DNA of 64,000 bases from Candidatus Poribacteria bacterium (GTDB lineage: Bacteria > Poribacteria > WGA-4E > GCA-2687025), in assembly GCA_963665845.2 (NCBI GenBank), contig OY762492.1, forward strand, positions 608,001 through 672,000. The letters are read 5' to 3'. A program made the translations under genes and the position numbers. Below, piece by piece: positions 10,175-20,212 of the stretch. Within the stretch, counting starts at the first letter, position 1, and every line of letters starts with the position of its first letter. The notes beneath the pieces are model-generated. The model had not been told where the DNA came from. It searched no databases and saw only the letters and a list, made by a program, of their open reading frames with translations.

Positions 10175-11011
10175 TTACGGTTGGCGGCGAGCGGCGTAAT
10201 CGGCGCGCCACTGCTCAAGAAGCGTCTCCGCGGCGGAGCGTATCTCCTCTAACGGCGCGTCCTGAACGCCGTCTGCCGAGACGGTTTTAACGGTCGGATA
10301 GACGCCGCGCACAAAATCGAAACCGCCGGTGGCGATGTCTTCGTCGCTGGCGTCTAGAAGCGCTTCGACGGCGGCATGGACAGCCTCCTCGCGCGTCATG
10401 TTCGCCTTGAACCTTTTTTTAAGAACGATATACGCCTCTTTGCCGCCGGAGCCGGTCGCGCAAAACGCGCGCTCCTCATACCGCCCGCCTGCAGGGTCGT
10501 ACTTGAAAATGCGCCCCGTCTTGCGCTTCAGATCGTACCCTGCAAACAGCGGCGCAACGACAAAACCCTGCATCGCGGCGGGCAGATTCTGTGTCACCAG
10601 ATGGGTCAGGTAATTCGCCTTCCCTTCGAGGCTCAGCGGGATGCCCTCCACCTTTTCATAAAACTCGATCTGCGTTTGAAGCAGCTTCGCCATCTGCGCG
10701 GCAGGACCGGCGACGCCGGCAATCGCGACGGCGGAAAGATGATCCATCTCCATCACCTTTTCGATTTCGCGCTCGGCGATCTCGTACCCCGCGGTCGCTT
10801 GCCGATCCCCGGCGATCAGAACCCCCGCGTCATATTTTGCCGCTAGGATCGTCGTCCCATGCGTCATCGGCAGGGCGGTTTCAACGCTTCCCTGCGGAAG
10901 CGCAGAGTTCAACAGCTCCGGGCAATTGGAACGGAGCAGCGCCACAAAATCGGCGCGCTCCGCCCCTTGCCTTCGTTCAAGGCTGAATGGAAGCTCGGCG
11001 GGGTGAATCAT
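10175..11011 (-). CDS. prcB: 20S proteasome beta subunit
   Basis: Propeptide then HG|TT nucleophile, AGDRQAT, LSLEGKAN, ATGSGG. Confidence 0.95.
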   Translation of the reverse strand: MIHPAELPFSLERRQGAERADFVALLRSNCPELLNSALPQGSVETALPMTHGTTILAAKYDAGVLIAGDRQATAGYEIAEREIEKVMEMDHLSAVAIAGVAGPAAQMAKLLQTQIEFYEKVEGIPLSLEGKANYLTHLVTQNLPAAMQGFVVAPLFAGYDLKRKTGRIFKYDPAGGRYEERAFCATGSGGKEAYIVLKKRFKANMTREEAVHAAVEALLDASDEDIATGGFDFVRGVYPTVKTVSADGVQDAPLEEIRSAAETLLEQWRADYAARRQP

Positions 11012-11208
11012 TCGCCGCCGCGCTGGATGTAATTTTCAACAAACTCCTCGGAATCTTCGAGGAGCTCGTCGATCTCATCCAGCAGTTTGTCGATGTCCTC
11101 TTTGATGGCGGCGCCTTTTTCAACAATGCCGCTCTCGTTTTCAATCTGTTCGGGATTCTCGCGGACTTTTTCATCCCGACGGGCCTGTTTCTGTTCAGGT
11201 TTCGGCAT
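11008..11208 (-). CDS. pup: Prokaryotic ubiquitin-like protein Pup
   Basis: 66 aa ending LLDEIDELLEDSEEFVENYIQRGGE; lies between dop and prcB. Confidence 0.93.
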   Translation of the reverse strand: MPKPEQKQARRDEKVRENPEQIENESGIVEKGAAIKEDIDKLLDEIDELLEDSEEFVENYIQRGGE

Positions 11209-11220
11209 CGCGGTTCCTCC

Positions 11221-12750
11221 TTACGGGTTGACTTTCGACTTCGACTCAATATATTCCAGCAGCTGCGCCGGGGTTTCGCTTTGTTGGAGTATCTCACCCA
11301 CCATTGTGCGCGTTCCCCGCAGCGGATGCAACATCGGCACCATCTGCAAATCGCGTTCGTTCGTGTCAAAAATGAGCGAATTCCAGCTCGCCGCATGAAT
11401 CGCTTCCGGAAAACGCTTGAGACATGTTCCCCTAAAATAGGCGCGCGTGTCTAGCGGCGGGTTGCTGATTGCATGAATCGCCTCTTCTTGAGAAATGATG
11501 CGGTCGATGCGCCCCGCTTTCTGAAGGCGGTAAAAAATGCCCGCCCTCGGACGAATATCATGGTACTGCAGATCCAGCATGCGCATCCGATGATTCGTCC
11601 AGTCCAGGTCGTACCGATCCCGATAAGCGGTCAGCCAAGAGCGTTTGATAACCCAATCCAGCCGCCTGTCCAGCTGCGAAGCGCCGCTTTCCAGCATATC
11701 CAGCGTCTTTCCCCACTGGCGAACCACATCCGCGTTCATCTCATGGCGCGGTCCCGCGTTCCGCTGATCCGCCACATACTGCTCCGCCAGCCGATGATAC
11801 TGCCTTTGAATGTCGATGGCGGACAGGCGGCGCGTATGCTCCATCGCATAATCGCGTTCAAAATCCAGGTCTCTGGACGCGGCGCGCATCGCAGAGACAG
11901 GCTCCCGCATCTTGAACTGATCTCGAATCAGCCCATCCTCAATCATCTGAAGCGTCAGCGCGGCGGTTCCCGCTTTTAAGTACGTCGCAAATTCCGACAT
12001 GTTCGCGTCCCCGACAATCACATGGAACCGCCGGTACAGCTTCTCGTCCGCGTGCGGCTCGTCCCTTGTGTTGATAATCGGGCGGTCGACCATCGTGCTA
12101 AGCCCGACCTCCGTTTCGAAGAAGTCGGAGCGCTGCGCAATTTGAAAATCGGCAGGCTTGCCTCCGTTCTCGGCGCCGACCTTCCCCGCCCCGGCGAAGA
12201 TCTGCCGCGTTACAAGAAACGGCGTGAACCCGTCCACTAGCGACTGAAACGGCGTCTTTCGGTCGACAAGGTAGTTTTCATGGCACCCGTAGCTATGCCC
12301 TTTTCCGTCGGAGTTGTTTTTGTAAATGGCGAGTTCGCGCGGCTCCTCCAGCATCTGCTCGGCGAGCCTGCAGCTCATCTCCAAGATCAATTCGCCCGCC
12401 TTGTCGTAAATCACCAGGTCGCGCGGGTTGGAGCATTCAGGCGTGCAATACTCTGGATGCGCGTGGTCGACATAATACCTGCCGCCGTTGGTGAGTATGT
12501 CGTTCACAGCGGGGGCGGCTTCGTCGTCTCCGTCCGCGCCGATGTCCGGGTTGACGATCTCGCTCATGAACCCGCGCGCGTCCATGAGCGGGCTTTCCTC
12601 CTCGTAATTCCATGTGGCTGAACGCCGCGGATCGCGCCCTTTATAGCTGTTGACAACCATCGTGGACGCGGCGACAGGGTCAAAATCGGCGGCGCGGCGC
12701 ACCGCGATTCCGTACTCGGTCTCGATGCCCATCGCTTTGATGAGAGCCAT
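11221..12750 (-). CDS. dop: Pup deamidase/depupylase Dop
   Basis: GIETEYG, NGGRYYVDHAHPEY, NNSDGKGHSYGCHENY, TRAYFRG..AASWNS, PLRGT are Dop-type rather than PafA-type motifs. Confidence 0.88.
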   Translation of the reverse strand: MALIKAMGIETEYGIAVRRAADFDPVAASTMVVNSYKGRDPRRSATWNYEEESPLMDARGFMSEIVNPDIGADGDDEAAPAVNDILTNGGRYYVDHAHPEYCTPECSNPRDLVIYDKAGELILEMSCRLAEQMLEEPRELAIYKNNSDGKGHSYGCHENYLVDRKTPFQSLVDGFTPFLVTRQIFAGAGKVGAENGGKPADFQIAQRSDFFETEVGLSTMVDRPIINTRDEPHADEKLYRRFHVIVGDANMSEFATYLKAGTAALTLQMIEDGLIRDQFKMREPVSAMRAASRDLDFERDYAMEHTRRLSAIDIQRQYHRLAEQYVADQRNAGPRHEMNADVVRQWGKTLDMLESGASQLDRRLDWVIKRSWLTAYRDRYDLDWTNHRMRMLDLQYHDIRPRAGIFYRLQKAGRIDRIISQEEAIHAISNPPLDTRAYFRGTCLKRFPEAIHAASWNSLIFDTNERDLQMVPMLHPLRGTRTMVGEILQQSETPAQLLEYIESKSKVNP

Positions 12751-12764
12751 AAACGGTTCCGCCT

Positions 12765-14513
12765 TTACAGATACGGTCCGGAGGCTGCGACTCGAACGTT
12801 GCGTTTTTCTTGCTCGCTCTGGTCGTTCATCAGCCGCTTCACATTCACAATGCGTTCGCCTTTCCGTCCAGAGATGCTTGCCCATTCGTCCGGATTTTTG
12901 GTGTTCGGCAGGTCTTCGTTCTCTTTGAATTCTGCCTTGACAGCGGCGCGCATGTCTTCAAAGGATATTCCCTTCTCGCCGCCGTCCACATACCGCTTCA
13001 GGGCGATTTTCTTCGCTCTGGAGACGACGTTCATGACCATCGCGCCGCTGACGAAATCTTTAAAGTACAACGTCTCCTTCTCGCCGCGCGCGTAGGTCAG
13101 CTCTAAGAACTTGCTCTCGTCGTTTTCGGCGTACATCTGTTCCACCGCCTTGTCGATCAGCCGCTCCACAAGCGCGCCCGCCGTTTCCCCTGGGCGCAGA
13201 TCCGAGGAGGCAAGCGGCAGGTCCGGCGTTAGGTACACCTTAAAAATGTCGCGCGCCGCCTCCATGTCGGGTCGGTCGATTTTGATTTTCACATCCAGCC
13301 GCCCTGGGCGAAGGACAGCGGGATCCAGCAGGTCTTGCCTGTTGCTCGCGCCGATGACGATCACGTTCCGCAGCGTTTCCACGCCGTCGATTTCCGCTAA
13401 AAATTGCGGCACCAGCGTCGATTCCATATCGGATGAAATGCCCAGCCCGCGCGTCCTAAAGAGCGAGTCCATCTCGTCAAAAAAGATGACGACCGGCATG
13501 CCCTCCTGCGCTTTTTCGCGCGCCCGTTGGAACACTTCGCGTATTTTGCGCTCCGTCTCGCCGACATACTTATTCAGCAGCTCCGGCCCTTTGATGTTGA
13601 TAAAGTAGGCGCGGATGGAGCTGTCGTTGGAAAGTTCGCGCCCCTTTTGAGCGATGCTGTTGGCGACCGCTTTGGCGATGAGCGTCTTGCCGCACCCCGG
13701 CGGCCCGTAAAGCAATATCCCTTTCGGCGGCGCCAGGCTGAACTCTTTGAACTGGTCGGGGTAGAGATACGGCAGCTCCACCGCGTCCCGTATCTGCTCA
13801 ATCTGGCTGTCCAGCCCGCCGATGTCGTGATAGGAAACGTCCGGCGCTTCTTCTAAGAGCAGGTCTTCAGAATCGACCCGCGGCAGGCGATCTACGACAA
13901 GGCCGGTGGAGGAGTTGAGCAAGGCGCGGTCCCCGCTTTTGAGAGGAGCCGATTTGAGCGAGCCGGATATATGCGCGACGCGCTCCTCTCCGCCGCGCGC
14001 TTCCAGCAGCGCCCTGTCTCCGTCCAGCGTCTGCTTCACCCGAACGACTTCGCCGCTGCGTTCCGGCTCCGCCGCCGCAATCACATTGTAGGCGGAGTTC
14101 ACGATCACCTCCTGCCCCGTTTCCAGATGTTCAGCGTCCAGCGACGGGTCCGCGTTGACGCGCATCTTTTTGCCCATGAGGGAGATGTCGACCGTTCCGT
14201 CTTCGTTCCGTCCGAGGAAGGCGCCGTAGTTGTTCGGCGGCGCGCTCAACATATCCACCTTTTCGCGCAGCAGCTCAAGGCTCTCTTTGGTTTCGGACAG
14301 GTTGGAGGTCAGATCGCGGTTGCGCCTGCGCAGCTTGACAAGTTCCCGCTCCGCTTCGTAGAGCATATTTTCGGTATGTTCGGAGGCGGCGGAGCTTAGC
14401 TTTCGGCGCAGATCGTTGATCTCCGCCTGCATGATGTCGATCAAGCCCTCCAGCTCCTTGATCCGCTCAGCGGGCCTTCTTGGCAAGGCGCGTCTCGACC
14501 GTTCCTCACTCAT
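12765..14513 (-). CDS. arc: Proteasome-associated AAA ATPase ARC/Mpa
   Basis: N-terminal coiled coil, GPPGCGKT, IKGPELLNKYVGETE, FFDEMDS, EDLPNT.NPDEW, C-terminal GPYL. Confidence 0.95.
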   Translation of the reverse strand: MSEERSRRALPRRPAERIKELEGLIDIMQAEINDLRRKLSSAASEHTENMLYEAERELVKLRRRNRDLTSNLSETKESLELLREKVDMLSAPPNNYGAFLGRNEDGTVDISLMGKKMRVNADPSLDAEHLETGQEVIVNSAYNVIAAAEPERSGEVVRVKQTLDGDRALLEARGGEERVAHISGSLKSAPLKSGDRALLNSSTGLVVDRLPRVDSEDLLLEEAPDVSYHDIGGLDSQIEQIRDAVELPYLYPDQFKEFSLAPPKGILLYGPPGCGKTLIAKAVANSIAQKGRELSNDSSIRAYFINIKGPELLNKYVGETERKIREVFQRAREKAQEGMPVVIFFDEMDSLFRTRGLGISSDMESTLVPQFLAEIDGVETLRNVIVIGASNRQDLLDPAVLRPGRLDVKIKIDRPDMEAARDIFKVYLTPDLPLASSDLRPGETAGALVERLIDKAVEQMYAENDESKFLELTYARGEKETLYFKDFVSGAMVMNVVSRAKKIALKRYVDGGEKGISFEDMRAAVKAEFKENEDLPNTKNPDEWASISGRKGERIVNVKRLMNDQSEQEKRNVRVAASGPYL

Positions 14514-14584
14514 GAATCTCTTCCTCCGCGGCGCTGTCTTAGGAACCATACCATATCATATCATACGCTTTCTTTCATGCGGCG

Positions 14585-15454
14585 TCAACGGGCAAGACGC
14601 TCCATCGCGTCCGCATACGATTCTCGAAGAAACGCCGCGGCGGGCTTTGCCTCCGCTGCGAAGTCGTTCCAGTTGCATTCAACGCTGATGCGGGCGTCGT
14701 AGTTTGCCTCATGCAGCGCCTCATAAAAACGCGGATAATCGTACCGCCCAGAGCCAGGGTAAAGCCTGCCCGTATCGGCAACGTGAACATGGATGAGACG
14801 GTTGCCGCAATTTTCAATCGCTTCAAACGGCTCCCGTTCCTCCATGAGATGGTAAAAATCGGCGAGAACGGCAATTTCAGGGCGGTTGACCCGCTTCGCC
14901 ATTTCATGCGCTTCTTCTACGGTGTTGAGTATATTGCTTTCGCGCCTGTTGAGCGGTTCGATGGCGATCTGAATGCCGGCGGCTTCCGCTTTGTCGGCGC
15001 ATAGATGCAGAAACTGTTCCAGCTGCGCCTCCGCTTCTTCCCGCGGGAATCCGTCCGGTATGTTGCGCGCGGCTCCGCTGCCGAAGACGATCACATCGCC
15101 TCCCACGGCGGCGACCCTCTCCGCGGCGACGGCCACATACTGCTCAATACGTTTCCAGTCGCGGCTTTCCCCTGTCAGTTTTATATGCGGCGCGATGAAG
15201 CTGTTGAAGCATTCCGCCTTGATGGAGGCGCCGTCTAAGGCGGAACGGAACAGGTTGAACGACTCTTCAGGCTGTTCAGGCGCGACCATCCCGACGCCAA
15301 ATTCGGCAAAGTCGCACTCGGCTTCTTCCAGGGCGCGCAGCGCCGCCGGAACAGCCGCCGTCTGCGCTTCATACCGATTCCCCGCTTTAATCGACCCCGC
15401 CCCCGATGTCGGAGGCACAAACGAGGCTAACGCGACGCAGCATCCAAAACGCAT
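14585..15454 (-). CDS. Sugar phosphate isomerase/epimerase (xylose-isomerase-like TIM barrel)
   Basis: AIEPLNRRES, ADFYHL, HVHVAD, PGSG, ISVEC motifs. Confidence 0.85.
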   Translation of the reverse strand: MRFGCCVALASFVPPTSGAGSIKAGNRYEAQTAAVPAALRALEEAECDFAEFGVGMVAPEQPEESFNLFRSALDGASIKAECFNSFIAPHIKLTGESRDWKRIEQYVAVAAERVAAVGGDVIVFGSGAARNIPDGFPREEAEAQLEQFLHLCADKAEAAGIQIAIEPLNRRESNILNTVEEAHEMAKRVNRPEIAVLADFYHLMEEREPFEAIENCGNRLIHVHVADTGRLYPGSGRYDYPRFYEALHEANYDARISVECNWNDFAAEAKPAAAFLRESYADAMERLAR

Positions 15455-15514
15455 CTCTCCGCCTTCCATATCCTTATTATGAACTGCATTCGCCCAAAAC
15501 GCAACTGCCGCGCC

Positions 15515-15710
15515 AAACTTGACAGTACATACAGGCGATGACATTCATTTTACGCGAAGGCCGCCGATCTAGGCCGTCATTCCCGCGTAAGCGGGAATCT
15601 TAAGGCATCGCAGCCGCCGCGCCCGTCCTTTAAACCCCCCTAGCCCCCCTTTCAAGGGGGGAATCCAGAGGCGCCGCGAATATTCCCCTATGAGCGTACT
15701 GCCAATCTTA
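15515..15710 (+). repeat. Mosaic repeat element, family B (TGGCAGTAC-type inverted ends, ATTCCC-N8-GGGAAT core, CCCCCC..GGGGGG hairpin)
   Basis: aaacttgacagtac...gtcattcccgcgtaagcgggaatc...tatgagcgtactgccaat; the arms recur at 36.7 and 45.5-45.8 kb. Confidence 0.75.
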
Positions 15711-15719
15711 AGCCGCCGC

Positions 15720-15748
15720 TTGAACCCAAGGCGCGTCAACGGTATGCT
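15720..15748 (+). promoter_or_regulatory. Putative sigma70 promoter of the peptidase cluster
   Basis: TTGAAC-17 bp-TATGCT, 35 nt upstream of the M32 start. Confidence 0.5.
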
Positions 15749-15783
15749 ATCCGTTAGTTTAACGCAATTTCCATCGGCAGGGG

Positions 15784-17295
15784 ATGTCTCGAATGAAACT
15801 ATACGATCAATTCATTGAGCGGACGCAGAAAATAGGGCGGCTGGGATCCATCGGCAGAACGCTTTGGTGGGACATGCAGACGCAGATGCCGCCCAAGGGA
15901 GCCGAAGCGCGCGGCGAACAGATGGCGCTCCTAAGAGGCATGGTACATGAAATGTTGACCAGCCCCGAACTGGGCGACGCCCTGAAAAAGCTGTCGGAAG
16001 AGGAGGGGCTGAACCCCGACCAGGAAACGAATGTGCGCGAGATGTCCCGCGTGTACGACCGCGCCGTCAAGCTGCCGAAAACGCTCATCGAAGAAATGAC
16101 GCGCGCCAGCGTGGAGGGGCAAGCCGTATGGAAAGCCGCCCGTCCAAAAAACGATTTTGCCGCCTTCGCCCCCTGTTTGAAACGGCATATCCAGCTGGAG
16201 CGCGAATACGCCGAGCTGATTGGTTACGAGGACAACCCGTACGACGCCCTGCTGGACGGGTATGAACCGAACGCGACAAAAGCCTCCACGGACGCCATGT
16301 TCGACCCGATTCGCAAGGAGGCGCAACCGCTGCTGGACGCGATCCTCGGCAGCTCTGTCCGTCCAGACGAATCGCTGTTGACGCGCCCTTTGTCGCAGCG
16401 CAAGCAGCGCCGCTTTGGAATCCTCGCCGCAAAGGAGGTCGGGTTCGACTTTGAAGCGGGGCGGCTGGATGTGTCGGCGCACCCGTTCTGCTCAGGCTCG
16501 CATCCAAACGATGTCCGCATGACGACCCGCTACGACGTCAACGATCCGCTCAGCTCCTTCTTTTCGGTTCTGCATGAAACGGGGCATGGCCTCTACGGAC
16601 AAGGTCTCCTGATGGAGCATATCTACACGCCGCGCGGCAGCTCCGTCTCGCTGGGCGTTCATGAGTCGCAGTCCCGTTTTTGGGAAAACGTCGTCGGACG
16701 CAGCCGACCCTTCTGGAAGCGGTATCTGCCCAAGCTGAAAAAGGTATACGGCGGCGCGTTCGATGACGTCTCGCTGGACGATTTCTACTTCGCTGTCAAC
16801 CGCGCGACCCCTGGTTTGATTCGCGTCGAGGCGGACGAGATCACCTACAACTTCCATATCCTGCTCCGCTTTGAGCTGGAGGATGATCTCATCAACGGGC
16901 GCTTGGAGGTGGACGATCTGCCTGCCGCATGGAACGAAAAGATGCGCGGCTACCTCGGCATTGAACCGCCGAACGACGCGATGGGCGTCATGCAGGACAT
17001 CCACTGGTCGTCCGGCAGTTTCGGCTATTTCCCGACATACACGCTCGGCAATCTTTTCGCGGCGCAGCTGCTGTGGAAGATTCGGCAGGACATCCCCGAT
17101 CTGGACGATGAGATCGAACAGGGGAATTTCGCCGGCGTTCTGGAATGGCAGCGGGAACGCATTCATCGGCAGGGAATGCTTTACTCCTCCGCCGAGCTGA
17201 TCAAACGGGCGACCGGCGAGCCGCCGGACGGCAGCTATTTCATCCAGTATCTGCGCGAAAAGTTTGCGCCGCTCTACCGCCTCTCGCTGTCATGA
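15784..17295 (+). CDS. Carboxypeptidase, M32 family (Taq-like)
   Basis: HETGH zinc motif, HPFC, DVRMTTRY, HESQS, IRVEADE, QDIHW, GYFPTYTLG. Confidence 0.95.
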   Translation: MSRMKLYDQFIERTQKIGRLGSIGRTLWWDMQTQMPPKGAEARGEQMALLRGMVHEMLTSPELGDALKKLSEEEGLNPDQETNVREMSRVYDRAVKLPKTLIEEMTRASVEGQAVWKAARPKNDFAAFAPCLKRHIQLEREYAELIGYEDNPYDALLDGYEPNATKASTDAMFDPIRKEAQPLLDAILGSSVRPDESLLTRPLSQRKQRRFGILAAKEVGFDFEAGRLDVSAHPFCSGSHPNDVRMTTRYDVNDPLSSFFSVLHETGHGLYGQGLLMEHIYTPRGSSVSLGVHESQSRFWENVVGRSRPFWKRYLPKLKKVYGGAFDDVSLDDFYFAVNRATPGLIRVEADEITYNFHILLRFELEDDLINGRLEVDDLPAAWNEKMRGYLGIEPPNDAMGVMQDIHWSSGSFGYFPTYTLGNLFAAQLLWKIRQDIPDLDDEIEQGNFAGVLEWQRERIHRQGMLYSSAELIKRATGEPPDGSYFIQYLREKFAPLYRLSLS

Positions 17296-17317
17296 ACGCT
17301 GTTGAAGGGAACGCCCG

Positions 17318-18940
17318 ATGCCGTATCAGCCAAGCTACGACCGCGCGAACCGTTTTGGTCCAAGCCGTTCCTGCGTCGTCTCGAAGAACGGCGTTGTCGC
17401 GGCGAGTCAGCCGGCGGCGGCGCTGGCGGGGGTCGACATTCTGCGCGCCGGCGGAAACGCGGTCGATGCGTCGGTCGCGGCGGCGGCGGCGCTGTGCGTC
17501 TCGGAGCCGATGTCGACCGGCATCGGCGGCGACGTATTCGCGCTTATTTACGACGCGGAGACGAAGCGCGTTTACGGGCTGAACGCGAGCGGGCGCGCCC
17601 CTGAAGCGGCGACTTTAGAAGAGTATGAACGCCGTTTGGGAAAAGGCGGGGCGATCCCTGCGCGCGGCGCGCTTGCGGTCACGGTTCCAGGCGCGGCGGC
17701 GGGATGGGCGGACATCGCCGCCCGTTTTGGACGCATGCCGTTGAGCGATCTCATGAAGCCCGCCGTCCGTTTGGCTGAAGACGGGTTCGCCCTGACGCCG
17801 CAGATTGCAAACGCATGGCGCGGTTCTGAAGGCATGCTGCGTTCCGACGCCGATTCGTCGTCAACATGGCTTATGAACGGCAACGCGCCGCGCGTCGGGC
17901 AGATTTTCCTTAACCCAAACCTAGGACGAACGCTGCGCCTCTTCGGAGAAGGCGGAAGCGAAGCGTTTTACGGCGGAGAGATTGGCGCGGCTCTCGCGCA
18001 GGCGGCGCAGGAACGCGGCGGACTTCTCACAACGGACGACCTAGAGGCGCACACCTCCACCTGGACGGAGCCGATACAGACCGACTACCGCGGCGCGCAG
18101 GTACTGGAAATGCCGCCGAACGGACAGGGCATCGCCGCGCTGGAAACGCTCAACATACTCGCCTTAGAGGACGCGCCAGCGATGGGGTTCCAGTCGCCCG
18201 ACCTGCTCCATCTGCAGATTGAGGCGTTCAAGCTGGCGTTCCACGACAGGAATCGATACGTTACAGACCCTGAATTTGAAGAGATACCGGTTGAAGCGCT
18301 GCTCTCCGAATCGTACGCCCATTCGCAGCGGCGACGCATCTCGATGGAGCGGGCGAATCAAGAGCCGACGCATGGCGAGCCGCGCATGTCCGACACCGTT
18401 TATCTGTGCGCCGCCGACTCGGACGGCAACATGGTCTCCTTCATCAACAGCCTCTACATGGGCTGGGGAAGCGGCATCACGGCGGGGGAAACGGGCGTTC
18501 TGCTTCAAAACCGCGGCTCCAGCTTCTCCCTGGATCCGTCCCATGTGAACCGCATCGCGCCGAGAAAACGGACTCGGCATACGATCATCCCCGCCATGCT
18601 GATGGAAGACGGCAAGCCGCTCGCCGCGTTCGGCGTCATGGGCGGGGACATGCAGGCGCAGGGGCATGTCCAAGTCGTTTCGAACATGCTAGACTTCATG
18701 CTGAACCCGCAAGACGCCATCGACGCGCCGCGTTGGCGCTATAATGGACATGGCGCCGGCGTTTCGTTCGACCCGTGGACGCCGGCGGAGATCATAGAGG
18801 CGCTGGCGAAACGGGGGCATGCGGTCGCCGGGACAGGCGGCTTTTTCGGCGGCGCGCAGACGATTTATCGCGACAAAGAGAGCGGCGCGTATCATTCAGG
18901 TTCAGACCCGCGGCGCGACGGAGCCGCTGTCGGATATTGA
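17318..18940 (+). CDS. ggt: Gamma-glutamyltransferase family protein
   Basis: GGNAVDA, GIGGD, SDTVYL (nucleophile Thr), LQNRG, HTIIP, GVMGG, SDPRRDG. Confidence 0.93.
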   Translation: MPYQPSYDRANRFGPSRSCVVSKNGVVAASQPAAALAGVDILRAGGNAVDASVAAAAALCVSEPMSTGIGGDVFALIYDAETKRVYGLNASGRAPEAATLEEYERRLGKGGAIPARGALAVTVPGAAAGWADIAARFGRMPLSDLMKPAVRLAEDGFALTPQIANAWRGSEGMLRSDADSSSTWLMNGNAPRVGQIFLNPNLGRTLRLFGEGGSEAFYGGEIGAALAQAAQERGGLLTTDDLEAHTSTWTEPIQTDYRGAQVLEMPPNGQGIAALETLNILALEDAPAMGFQSPDLLHLQIEAFKLAFHDRNRYVTDPEFEEIPVEALLSESYAHSQRRRISMERANQEPTHGEPRMSDTVYLCAADSDGNMVSFINSLYMGWGSGITAGETGVLLQNRGSSFSLDPSHVNRIAPRKRTRHTIIPAMLMEDGKPLAAFGVMGGDMQAQGHVQVVSNMLDFMLNPQDAIDAPRWRYNGHGAGVSFDPWTPAEIIEALAKRGHAVAGTGGFFGGAQTIYRDKESGAYHSGSDPRRDGAAVGY

Positions 18941-18953
18941 CAAGGAGCTTTAC

Positions 18954-20195
18954 ATGAGCAGTCTCGATGTGTTGACGCATACATTTTCAAACGGTTTGAC
19001 ATTGGCGGCGGAGATTCGCCCCGCGATACGCGCGGCGGCTTTCAACCTGCTCATGCCGACCGGCTTGGCGGGCGACCCGTCAGGAAAAGAGGGCTTGTCG
19101 AATGTGCTGTCGGATCTGTGTTACCGCGGCGCGGGCGATTTGGATTCCCGCGCGCTGTCAGACGCCCTGGACGCGATCGGAATGCAGCGCTCCGGCGGGG
19201 CGAGCAGAATTGCCTTTTCATTCGGCGGCGCCGTCATGTCTGACCATCTAGAGCGCGCCTTGGATCTGACAGCGGACATCGTCCTGCGCCCCGCGCTGGA
19301 CCCGAAAGAGCTGGAGCCTGTTCGGTCGCTGGCGCTTCAAGACCTCGCCTCCCTGGAAGATGAGCCGCGGCGCAACGTGTTCATTCACCTGAACCGCGCC
19401 TATTTCACCAACGAGTACGGGCTGTCCTCTCTTGGGACGGAGGAATCGCTGCAGTCGCTCACGGCTGAAGATATGGCGGAGGCGCAGAAAAGCCGCTTCA
19501 AGCCGAACGGCGCCATTATGAGCGTTGCGGGGCGGATCGACTGGGAGCGGCTGAAGGATGCGGTCGAGGCGCGGTTCGGCGACTGGGACGGGTCGGCGCC
19601 CGCGCTTCCTCAACCAGAAAGGCGCGCCGACGGCTGTTACGTCCACATTGAGCAGGACACGCAGCAGCAGCATATCGGCGCCGCCTACGCCGCCGCGCCG
19701 CTAGAGCATCCCGACATCTACGTCTCGCGGATGGCGCTGGGCGTCTTGTCGGGAGGGATGGGCGCGCGTCTCTTCACCGAGGTGCGCGAAAAGCGCGGGC
19801 TTGCGTATGCGGTCTATGCGGGCGCCGCCTCTCTGAAAGGAATGGGATATGTGCAGGCGTATGCAGGCACCACCCCCGAACGCGCCCAAGAAACGCTCGA
19901 CACGCTCATTGCGGAGCTGAAACGGATGGCTGAAGGCGTCACCGAAGAGGAACTGGAACGGGCGCGAACAGGCCTCTTGTCAAGCCTCGTCATGGGCGGC
20001 GAGTCGACCGGCGCCAGGGCGAACGCGATCGCAACCGATCTCTACTACCTCGGCAGAGTCCGCAGCCTTGAGGAGATACGGGAGCAAATTGAGGCGGTCG
20101 ATTCCGCGTCCATTGCGGCGCATCTGAAGGAGTTCCCGCCTGAAAACTTTACGGTCGCCGCTCTCGGTCCGCGCCGGCTTGAGATGCCTGAATAA
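18954..20195 (+). CDS. M16 peptidase family, non-catalytic partner subunit
   Basis: M16 fold, LSGGMGARLFTEVREKRGLAY, but no HxxEH (GLSNVLSDL at that position); AAGGAG RBS before 18954. Confidence 0.88.
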   Translation: MSSLDVLTHTFSNGLTLAAEIRPAIRAAAFNLLMPTGLAGDPSGKEGLSNVLSDLCYRGAGDLDSRALSDALDAIGMQRSGGASRIAFSFGGAVMSDHLERALDLTADIVLRPALDPKELEPVRSLALQDLASLEDEPRRNVFIHLNRAYFTNEYGLSSLGTEESLQSLTAEDMAEAQKSRFKPNGAIMSVAGRIDWERLKDAVEARFGDWDGSAPALPQPERRADGCYVHIEQDTQQQHIGAAYAAAPLEHPDIYVSRMALGVLSGGMGARLFTEVREKRGLAYAVYAGAASLKGMGYVQAYAGTTPERAQETLDTLIAELKRMAEGVTEEELERARTGLLSSLVMGGESTGARANAIATDLYYLGRVRSLEEIREQIEAVDSASIAAHLKEFPPENFTVAALGPRRLEMPE

Positions 20196-20212
20196 CATTG
20201 AAAGGAAACGCG

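Noticed and set aside
11008-11208. UBact
   Set aside because: The LLDEID..FV..Y.Q.GGE terminus is Pup-type, not R[ST]G[EQ]
11221-12750. PafA Pup ligase
   Set aside because: VDHAHPEY, DGKG and AASW motifs and the position between arc and pup fit Dop
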